A stretch of DNA of 31,384 nucleotides from Bacteroidota bacterium (lineage in GTDB: Bacteria > Zhuqueibacterota > Zhuqueibacteria > Zhuqueibacterales > Geothermadaptataceae), in NCBI GenBank assembly GCA_011375275.1, contig DRLW01000323.1, positions 1 to 31,384 on the forward strand, in the 5' to 3' direction. Of the stretch, positions 19,366 through 27,104 are shown one piece after another. The notes under the pieces were generated by a model. It made no database searches. It saw only the letters and a program-made list of their open reading frames with translations, and was not told the origin of the DNA. Each line of letters begins with the position of its first letter. Positions within the stretch are counted from its first letter, which is position 1. Position numbers and translations under genes: made by a program.

Positions 19366-19600
19366 TCCGGGTATCCAGTTAACTCAGCAAACCGGGCTCC
19401 GCTCAGATACCGGCATCTGTCATTCCGGCCAAGCGCAGCGCAGTGCCGGAATCTCATCTTTTCCGGCACGTGCCTGAGTCCGGGAGATTCCGGTCTTCCC
19501 CTGCGGGGAAACCGGAATGACAGATCTGGTGCAGGCATGTGCTGTGCTCTGGCGATTGGCTGAAAAAATGCAACATTGCTGAGTTAAATGGATAGCCAGA
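19366..19600 (-). mobile_element. MITE copy 2 (235 bp) with 9-bp target-site duplication AACAACTCC
   Basis: TIRs TCCGGGTATCCAGTTAACTCAGCA / TGCTGAGTTAAATGGATAGCCAGA (21/24 match); AACAACTCC at 19357-19365 and 19601-19609. Confidence 0.92.
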
Positions 19601-19719
19601 AACAACTCCACCCGATAAAACGTTTCAGTTGTTGCCTTTTTCTCTGGTCGCAGCACTCATGTGTGAATCCCTCAGGAGACCTGCCCTGCTTCCTGCAGGG
19701 ACCTGTCCTCATCTTTTGT

Positions 19720-20412
19720 TCACCGGTTGGTCTCGCGGCGAATCTGTATGATCAGCAAAGCTGCGGAGATAAAAAACGAGCCGTAATCGACGAGCGCGCG
19801 CAGAAAGAGTTTGCCACGAAACGGCAGGCGCAACTGATCGCCGGACCTGACCCCGATCTCTTTGAGCGAGTATGCGTTTTCGTACTGGGAAAGCAATTTC
19901 TCCGCGACGACCTCGCCGCCGCGCAGCAGCGCAATCTCATCGAGGTTTACCCCTGGTGCCGGCCCGTCTGCCAGCCCGATCGCTTCCCAGAGAGTCGCAT
20001 CTTCTTCGAGAAGGTAGGAGCCGGGCTTGTTAACCGCGCCGAGTATATTGAGACGAATCAGAGGGGTACAGACAAAATTGAGCCCGCTCATGTACTTTTT
20101 ATAGCGTTCAGCCAGCAGGTCTGCCAGCTCTATGGAAGTATGCCCTACGATGCGCAGGCGGCCGATCAACGGCATAAAAATATAACCCGCCCGGTCGATG
20201 AGATAGTCATCGGCAATGCCGAGCTGGCTGACATCCGCTCCCTCGATGCCGGGGTCCTGCCAGACAGTGATACGTACGGCATCGCCCGGTACGAAATCAC
20301 CTTTATATCGCTTTTGTGCCAGCGCTGGCTGAGCAAAAAATGAAGCCAGCAGTGTGAGGGTCGCAACACAGGCTGAGAGCTGGAACAAACGGGGGGTAAT
20401 CCGCACAATCAT
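19720..20412 (-). CDS. wza: Polysaccharide export protein (Poly_export + SLBB), short Wza-like
   Basis: FVPGDAVRITVW, IDRAGYIFMPLIGRL, ILGAVNKPGSY, GVRSGDQL; signal peptide ending ALA; hydrophobic C-terminal helix. Confidence 0.85.
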   Translation of the reverse strand: MIVRITPRLFQLSACVATLTLLASFFAQPALAQKRYKGDFVPGDAVRITVWQDPGIEGADVSQLGIADDYLIDRAGYIFMPLIGRLRIVGHTSIELADLLAERYKKYMSGLNFVCTPLIRLNILGAVNKPGSYLLEEDATLWEAIGLADGPAPGVNLDEIALLRGGEVVAEKLLSQYENAYSLKEIGVRSGDQLRLPFRGKLFLRALVDYGSFFISAALLIIQIRRETNR

Positions 20413-20690
20413 TCTCTTTCCTTTCGCTTCCTGATTCCGGAGACGGCCGTGTCGGTCATGATATCGCCAACAGGCCGGTCAGCTCAGATCATCCACCATT
20501 GCTGGTGGAGCACAGCTTGGGGTAATGCGCAAAATTTATGCCATGGCCGGGCCCGATCCCCGGTGGCAATCAAAAACGTATTTATATATTTTTATTAAAG
20601 TTACAGACACAGAGAACATGGCACATCCGGCCGCCTGCTCCGGGAGTGACCGATTTCAGTCCAGCAGGGCTATCCACGGCTGTTTCCGGC

Positions 20691-21407
20691 TCACCGCGAA
20701 CGATAGAAGCGATAGCGCTTTTCTTTGCTGTCGAGGTTCATCTTTTTCAGCAGTTTCATCACACGAAACAGGCTGACTTTAGTATAGCCGAACCGTTCGC
20801 TATACAGTTGCTTCTTGATGCTCCACGCACTCTGATAGGGATCATCGATGATGATGGCTTTGATTTTTTCCGTGAGGGGGATGAGTTTCTCATCGATTTG
20901 AGGTTTTGAGTAGGAGGCCCGGCCTTTGGCACGCTTCTGCCCTGCTTCGCGATTGCGCATCTGCGGCGTCGGCGCGGCAGCAGCGACCGTAATATCCGAG
21001 TTGGCTGGCTGTACACTACGGGCGAGACTTTTGGTGATATCCAAACCAATCGACAGGTCAAAATCGTCGATCGCTTCCTCGATGCAATCATAGCAATCGA
21101 GAATGCGATTGAACTCGAGCATTTCGAAAATATCGTATACTTCCGGCAGCATCTGAACGATCTTCAGATCACCGCCGCTGTCGCGAATTGCCTTGATCTC
21201 CCCGACAAAAACACCCCAGCCGGCTGAACTGACATAGTTCACCTGGCCCATATCGACGATCATCTGCAGAAAACCTTCCTGCATGATCTCGGCAATTTTG
21301 ACTCGCATCGCACCACAGGTCTGGGTATCCAGATACCCTCTGGCACGTATCAGGGCAACATCCCTTCTGGCTCCAACCCTTCCAACTACGATATCCAAAC
21401 CTTCCAT
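20691..21407 (-). CDS. STAS anti-sigma factor antagonist with extra C-terminal HTH-like domain
   Basis: GYLDTQT, IVDMGQVNYVSSAGWGVF, GGDLKIV, EVYDIFEMLEF; then an Ala/Pro/basic linker and a ~60-aa basic helical domain. Confidence 0.85.
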   Translation of the reverse strand: MEGLDIVVGRVGARRDVALIRARGYLDTQTCGAMRVKIAEIMQEGFLQMIVDMGQVNYVSSAGWGVFVGEIKAIRDSGGDLKIVQMLPEVYDIFEMLEFNRILDCYDCIEEAIDDFDLSIGLDITKSLARSVQPANSDITVAAAAPTPQMRNREAGQKRAKGRASYSKPQIDEKLIPLTEKIKAIIIDDPYQSAWSIKKQLYSERFGYTKVSLFRVMKLLKKMNLDSKEKRYRFYRSR

Positions 21408-21842
21408 AGCCTTTTTTATGTCCCTCGGTTGTTTCCCGATTTATTCACGTATTCGCGCTCCGCGCAAAAAAAGAATCGGGATAACTGAAAAATTTTCTTC
21501 CGGACAATGACCTCCACTACCAGATGACATCCTACAGGTTACGTGGAAAAATTGCCGAATTTGTGAATTTTTCAGGTCATGGAAAAATCATCGCGGGAAC
21601 ACTTTACAAATCCTATGCCAAAATTCACAGTGGAGAATTGTTTTTTATCGACTGTAATTACTGAACTTACGCTGTAAAATATTCTTCACATGGAAGAAAG
21701 GGGATTTTGTCCGAATAACGATTGTGTAACTGGGAAACATTGTACCTTTGTGAAACAGGCATATCGTTTCGCACCATCTTCCCTTGCCGAAACAGTGCGG
21801 ACTCCCCGCCTGATGTCACAGAAGTGTCCTGCTTCGGGGCTG

Positions 21843-23342
21843 TCATCCTTTGCTATTGTTGAGCAGATCGGCGTACAGTCGTGTATAAACAGCGCCCGTC
21901 GTTTCGATGGAAAAGTTCTCTTTCATGGCGTTTTTTACTAACCTTACCCACTTTTTCGAATCTTTGTACACCTGAGCAGCCCGGTTCAGGGCCTGGATAA
22001 AAGATTCGCGGTCGGCATTGCGAAACAGAAACCCGGTTCCGGTTTCGTGTTCATCATCATATTCGACCACAGCATCAGCATGGCCGTTCATGCTCTGCAC
22101 GATGGGAATCGTACCGTACCGCATGCTCACCAGTTGAAATTTACGCTGGTTCACGATCGGTGCTTCTGCCATGATCAGGCTGAAATCGCAGGCCGCGTTG
22201 AGTTTGTGCAAGGTTTCTTCATCCGGATCAGTTACCCCAAAAAAAGTATCGCTGTAATTATTTGCCAGCGATGCAGCATACTCGAGCACAGCGCCTTCTG
22301 CCGAGTCTGACACGATGAGAATCTGCATATCGAGCGAACGCAGCTCATCGACGCTTTGCTCTAACAGCGAGAGCTCCTTTTCTGCATTTTCAGAAAGCCA
22401 GACAACGGCAAGGGGCTTATCGACCTCAAACGGTACTTTGAGTGCCTCGATGAGTACCTTTTTATTGCCTGTCTTCTTGCCCACAGAACGCAGGGTATAG
22501 TTTTCTTCCAGGAAGGAATCCGTCTCCGGGTCCCAGGCCTGGTAGTCAATGCCGCTGATGATCCCAACCTGCTCCTGGTCATCGACATCGCTGACTTTTT
22601 TCAGCTCCGCCGCCCATTCGCTTGCCTTGCCGGAATCGTGCAAATAGTGTTTGCCCGGCGCGACCACCCGGTCACTGGTGGCCAGTGCGGCTTTCAGAAA
22701 ACTGAATTTCTTGCCATCATCCAGGAGAAATTCATTCCTGAAGATATCGGCAGGAAGTCCGGCTTTCTCGAGTACGTCTCTGTCGTACACACCCCAGTCG
22801 GAAAAATTCTCCGGCGTGAACACGATTTTTGGCTGATTAAAGAAAGGATCGTCAGCGAACTGAGTTTTGATCAGGATGGGCAGCATGGCTGTTCGCCAGC
22901 CGTTACAATGAATGACATTGGGCTGCCAGTGCAGGGTTTGCAGGGTTTTCAGGCAGCCGAGGGCAAAAACCGTCATCCGTTCGATATTGTCAGCAAACTC
23001 CTCGCCGGTCTGCGGGTCATGGAAAAGACCTAACCTGGCAAAATACTCCGGGTTGTCGAGGAAATAGATTTGCACTTTCGAGTCCGGCAAAAAGGCGGAT
23101 TTGGCGTTCACCGTTGCCTTGAAATCGCCGGCGCTGACCGGCATATCCTTGAGCCGGATGACATCGCGCAGGACGTAGCGTCGCGCATTCACGCTGCGAT
23201 AGTTGGGCATCATCACGCGGATGTCATGCCCGATATTCTTCAGTGCTTTAGGGAATAAGCCGGCAACTTCCGCAAAATCGCTGGTGCCTGCGAAGGGTTG
23301 AATTTCTGTTGCCACGTAAAAAATTTTGTACTTGCCTTTCAT
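21843..23342 (-). CDS. Glycogen synthase (GT5/GlgA) homolog with degenerate catalytic motifs
   Basis: GlgA scaffold (ATEIQPF, RVMMPNY, YFLDNPEYF, GIISGIDYQAWDPETD, MRYGTIPIV, GTGFLF) but KTGGL and EPCGL are absent. Start placed at MKGKY (23342). Confidence 0.8.
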   Translation of the reverse strand: MKGKYKIFYVATEIQPFAGTSDFAEVAGLFPKALKNIGHDIRVMMPNYRSVNARRYVLRDVIRLKDMPVSAGDFKATVNAKSAFLPDSKVQIYFLDNPEYFARLGLFHDPQTGEEFADNIERMTVFALGCLKTLQTLHWQPNVIHCNGWRTAMLPILIKTQFADDPFFNQPKIVFTPENFSDWGVYDRDVLEKAGLPADIFRNEFLLDDGKKFSFLKAALATSDRVVAPGKHYLHDSGKASEWAAELKKVSDVDDQEQVGIISGIDYQAWDPETDSFLEENYTLRSVGKKTGNKKVLIEALKVPFEVDKPLAVVWLSENAEKELSLLEQSVDELRSLDMQILIVSDSAEGAVLEYAASLANNYSDTFFGVTDPDEETLHKLNAACDFSLIMAEAPIVNQRKFQLVSMRYGTIPIVQSMNGHADAVVEYDDEHETGTGFLFRNADRESFIQALNRAAQVYKDSKKWVRLVKNAMKENFSIETTGAVYTRLYADLLNNSKG

Positions 23343-23443
23343 CAAATCACTTACCTTTTGTTTGGTCAGATGCATCGGTGTTCATCGCAATCGCGCCGGT
23401 TTGCTAGCACCGGCGATGCCTCGGTGCTCATTGGTGTCTTCCG

Positions 23444-24442
23444 CTAACCATCAGCTTCCCGCAACTGCCTGGCGGCGTCTTCAGGAGAGACCGGGTTGAT
23501 ATAAAAACCCGAACCCCACTCAAAGCCTGCAATCCGGGTCAGCTTGGGGATGATCTCGAGATGCCAGTGATATTCGGGAGCGATATCATCCTGCACCGGC
23601 ATGGAGTGCAGGATAAAATTATACGGCGGCCGGGTTAATGCTTTGTTGATCTTGCGCAAAACTGTTTTCATAATAGCCGCAAGCTCGTCATAATGGGTGC
23701 TTTCCATACACTCGAAATGAGAAAAATGTGTTGAGGGCAGAATCCAGCATTCATACGGGAAACGAGGTGCAAAAGGCGCAATAGCGACGAAATGATCATT
23801 CTGCGCAATCGTGCGTTTGCCCGAAGAACTCTCCTGGTGCAGGATATCGCAGAAGATGCAGCGTTCTTTTCTGGCAAAATGCAGCCTGGAACCCTCGATT
23901 TCCTCCACGACCCGTTTGGGCAGAATCGGTGTGGCGATCAGTTGTGAATGCGGATGCTCGAGAGATGCCCCCGCTGCCCTGCCGTGGTTCTTGAACACCA
24001 GAATATATTTGAAGCGTTTGTCCTTTTTCAGATCGAGCATGCGCTCCCTGTATGCCAGCAGAATCTGGACGATCTGCTCCTCAGGGTAATCACTGAACTC
24101 GAGACCATGGTCTGGTGTTTCGATCACCACTTCGTGCGCCCCCACGCCATTCATCAGGTCGTAAAGGCCTTCGCCGCGCCTGTAGTCTTCCCCTTCGATC
24201 TGCAGCGCCGGAAACTTATTGGGTACGACGCGGATATCCCAGTCCGGCATGTTGGGGCCGAGATCATGCTTGCGAATGGCGAAGACCTCTGCAGGGGTTT
24301 TATCTTCATTGCCCGGGCAAAAAGGACAAAACCCGTCATCCACGGGTTCATGCTTTTCACGCCAGTTTCCCGGGCGGTTGCCGCGCTCGGTGGAAATAAT
24401 AACCCAGCGCCCGACAATAGGATCTTTACGTAATTCAGGCAT
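23444..24442 (-). CDS. galT: GalT-family (HIT-like) sugar-1-phosphate nucleotidyltransferase
   Basis: ELRKDP...WVII, CPFCPGNE, VVPNKFPAL, GAHEVVIETP, FKNHGRAAGASLEHPHSQ, CIFCD, YHWHLEIIP, AGFEWGSG. Confidence 0.9.
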   Translation of the reverse strand: MPELRKDPIVGRWVIISTERGNRPGNWREKHEPVDDGFCPFCPGNEDKTPAEVFAIRKHDLGPNMPDWDIRVVPNKFPALQIEGEDYRRGEGLYDLMNGVGAHEVVIETPDHGLEFSDYPEEQIVQILLAYRERMLDLKKDKRFKYILVFKNHGRAAGASLEHPHSQLIATPILPKRVVEEIEGSRLHFARKERCIFCDILHQESSSGKRTIAQNDHFVAIAPFAPRFPYECWILPSTHFSHFECMESTHYDELAAIMKTVLRKINKALTRPPYNFILHSMPVQDDIAPEYHWHLEIIPKLTRIAGFEWGSGFYINPVSPEDAARQLREADG

Positions 24443-24470
24443 CGCTTTTCCGATCAGCAGTCGCGCTCTG

Positions 24471-25349
24471 TTACAGCTTGGCCAGATAGGAACGCGCCAG
24501 CTCGACGAACTCGCTCTTGGGATAGTTGGCGATCAGTTGCTCAAACTGCGAACGTGCAGCCTCACGGTTACCGAGTTTGAGATAGGTCACACCGAGTTTA
24601 ATAATCGCGTCATCGAGTTTGTTGCTGTTGGGATAGCTGTACACCTTTTCGAACTCGGCGATAGCCTGTTCAAAATTACCCAACCCGTAGTATGCCTCAC
24701 CGATCCAGTACTGGCAGTTATCAGAAAGGCTGTGGTTGGGATTTTCCGCCAGCAGCTCGGAAAAGGCTGCGATGGCATCTTTATAGCGCCGCGCTTTGTA
24801 AAGCTCGAGCGCACGGTTATAGCGACTCTTAAAGCTGCCCGACGCTGCGCTGCTGGAAGAAGCTGCTGGTTGCGGTGTTGTGCTTTTGCCTGCCAGGGCC
24901 TGCGTCTGCAGGGCCGTGAGACGGCGGTCTTTTTCTTCAAGGTCCTTGCGCAAATCCGCGATGACGACTTCTTTCTCGGCCAGCTCACGCTCAAGACGTT
25001 TAACTTTTGCTTCCAGCCCTTCGACAGACTGGCTGTCATCATGGCCGTGCTCGCCGTCATCATCATGCCCGGAGTCTGCATCTTTTTCTGCTTCAGGGGA
25101 GATGCCGAGCAGGCGCAGAACTTCTGCTTCGTCATCCGCTTTTTTGTCTTCTGCTATCTTCTCTTCGTCCTTTTGCTGGTCGATGCCCAATAACTGATCG
25201 ATATCCATACCGGCAGAATCATCGGTTGCAACTGCAGTATCTTTCTTGCCACCACCACAGGCCACCAAACCCGCCAGTGCGAGAGAAAGCAACACAACCC
25301 AAACCAGCCGGCTGGCAGCGGTAATTTTTTTCATGCGTTCAGTACTCAT
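24471..25349 (-). CDS. CpoB/YbgF-like TPR lipoprotein
   Basis: AGGAGG 8 nt before ATG 25349; lipobox-like LAGLVAC; coiled coil; TPRs with LSDNCQYWIGEAYY, KLDDAIIKLG, LIANYPKSE. Confidence 0.8.
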   Translation of the reverse strand: MSTERMKKITAASRLVWVVLLSLALAGLVACGGGKKDTAVATDDSAGMDIDQLLGIDQQKDEEKIAEDKKADDEAEVLRLLGISPEAEKDADSGHDDDGEHGHDDSQSVEGLEAKVKRLERELAEKEVVIADLRKDLEEKDRRLTALQTQALAGKSTTPQPAASSSSAASGSFKSRYNRALELYKARRYKDAIAAFSELLAENPNHSLSDNCQYWIGEAYYGLGNFEQAIAEFEKVYSYPNSNKLDDAIIKLGVTYLKLGNREAARSQFEQLIANYPKSEFVELARSYLAKL

Positions 25350-25578
25350 TTCTTGTCCTCCTGAAACATCCAGCAATCCGGTTTCAAGGCCATATCCCGC
25401 AGAGTGGCACATCTCCCTGTTGCGAACAGGCTCAGCCTGTGTATCCACTCGCTCAAAATATGAAACCGAAAACCGATCCCTCCCGCTTTTTCACTGCCTG
25501 TGCGTGCAACACCGGAAGCGGGATAACTGAAACATTTTGTTCGATGACGTGTTTTTTTAACCTAACCTGAGCGATTTA

Positions 25579-25940
25579 TATTTGGAACCAAAAAGCAGCC
25601 GACAAACTGTTTTAATGGTCTGGTTATTCACTTAACTCAGCACAGTTGCATTTTTTCAACCAGACCGCGTGACAACAGCACGTGCCTGCACCAGAGCTGT
25701 CATTCCGGTTTCCGCGCAGCGGAAGACCGGAATCTCCCAGACTCAGGCATGTGACAGAAAAGATGAGATTCCGGCACAGCGCTTCGCCTGGCCGGAATGA
25801 CACATGCCGGTATCTGAGCTGTGCCCGGTGTGCTGAGTTAACTGGATACCCAGATTTTAATGGATTAAAACCCTCAATTTCCAGTATCTGCTGTCAGATC
25901 ATTGTGGACATTTTTAATCTCTATCTATCCGCATCATGCC
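25579..25940 (+). repeat. Diverged ~115-bp direct repeat, copy A (interrupted by MITE copy 3)
   Basis: After removing 25619-25863 the sequence aligns with 26208-26321 (shared blocks TTTGGAAC, AGCAGC, CTGTTT.AATGGATT, TCTGCTG.CAG, GTGGA.ATTTT, CCGCA.CATGCC). Confidence 0.7.
25619..25854 (+). mobile_element. MITE copy 3 (236 bp) with 9-bp target-site duplication TTTTAATGG
   Basis: Ends TCTGGTTATTCACTTAACTCAGCA...TGCTGAGTTAACTGGATACCCAGA; TTTTAATGG at 25610-25618 and 25855-25863; same internal hairpins as copies 1 and 2. Confidence 0.92.
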
Positions 25941-25982
25941 TGGTTATTCCTACCTCTCAGCTTTTGGCTGAAGCCGGGTATC

Positions 25983-26093
25983 ACCACGAAGAACATGAAG
26001 AGCACGAAGAAAACTGAAGTGTCGTAAAAATCAGTACCAGCAGTTCCTGCCTTTCTTCTTGTTTTTCTTCGAGTTCATCGTGCACTTCGTGGT
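25983..26093. repeat. Imperfect 31-bp inverted repeat (ACCACGAAG...GAAGAAAA arms) with a 49-nt spacer
   Basis: Arms 25983-26013 and 26063-26093 match at 25/31; each arm is built of 9-nt CACGAAG-like units. Confidence 0.7.
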
Positions 26094-26207
26094 TTACCCA
26101 AAAAGCACAGATGACATTCAAATCTCAGGAGCCAGAACATTTCCATCATTTCTGGCATGAGAATGAAAAACCAGCAGAATATCCCGTTCGTTCACCTGAA
26201 ATGCATG

Positions 26208-26321
26208 TATTTTTGGAACAAAGTAGCAGCAGCCAAAGCTGTTTGAATGGATTGAGATATTCTATTTTCTGTTTCTGCTGCCAGGTTGTCGTGGATATTT
26301 TATCTCTGCCCGCAGCATGCC
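26208..26321 (+). repeat. Diverged ~115-bp direct repeat, copy B (uninterrupted)
   Basis: Aligns with copy A and carries a single TTTGAATGG where copy A has the duplicated TTTTAATGG. Confidence 0.7.
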
Positions 26322-26912
26322 ACAACCTTTTGGGTTGTATTGAAATCATGATATTCGTAGGCTCATATTTAAAATGAAAACAATATGTTGTCACAAAAAA
26401 ATATTTTATTCTTATTGAGCAAATCGCTCAGATCAGGGAAATAACGATGAAGAACGATTTACTCATAAATAAGCGCTGCACATCTGGAATGTCTGGATAA
26501 CTGTACTATTCTGTTCGACGAAGCCCCCTTTGCATCCTTCGAATCAAAAATACAGATACGTCTGGCTGTCGTAAGATTTATGAATTTTTCAGGCTAATAT
26601 ATCTTCGAAATCACATCATGCAGTACACAAGACTGGAAAAGTACAGGTGAGAAAACAGAATTTCGCAGGAAATTTGATCACTATGGCAGGTTGCGATGAA
26701 CTCGTCAGATCAGGTGCGGGCAGAGGGCTGCCTGTTTCGCCTCACCTCAGAGCCCCGTGTTCTGATTCCGGATGTGCTTCTTGTTCCCCGGCCTCATCCA
26801 GCATGCCCTGCCTGCTGCGGTACGGTTGCCCAGACATCTGAAATCATCCGGCAGCGCAGCACTATCGCCCCATGTGAACCCTTGCGCGGTGTCCCGCATG
26901 GTGCTGTTATGT

Positions 26913-26952
26913 AATAAAAAATCCGCTTTCTCATCTCACTCTGAAAAAGCGG
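26913..26952 (-). terminator. Probable intrinsic terminator of the mre-mrd-rodA operon
   Basis: Minus strand CCGCTTTTTCA-GAGTGAGA-TGAGAAAGCGG followed by ATTTTTTATT, ~150 nt after the rodA stop. Confidence 0.6.
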
Positions 26953-27104
26953 TTTGTTACCTAATGTTTCCATTAAATTTACAAAACCGAGGCCAAAAAT
27001 GCAAGGCGTAATTTCTCGCCATAGCCTCGTGAACTGCCGCAGCGATCAATCCGGCCCTACCCGGCAACAGCCGCCCTCCGGGCACGAGAAAAGGCGGCCC
27101 ATCA

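Noticed and set aside
16508-19600. Composite transposon carrying wzc between MITE copies 1 and 2
   Set aside because: Outer flanks (GTCAATCAG, AACAACTCC) are not duplicated and copy 2 has its own TSD, indicating independent insertions.
25682-26017. ORF ending YHHEEHEEHEEN, and similar ORFs at 19260-19538 and 19420-19656
   Set aside because: They are translations of MITE and inverted-repeat DNA; the His/Glu run is just the 9-nt repeat unit.
26660-26760. CTGACGAG on the minus strand resembling a hammerhead ribozyme core
   Set aside because: No GAAA directly after a stem II and no consistent stems I/III.
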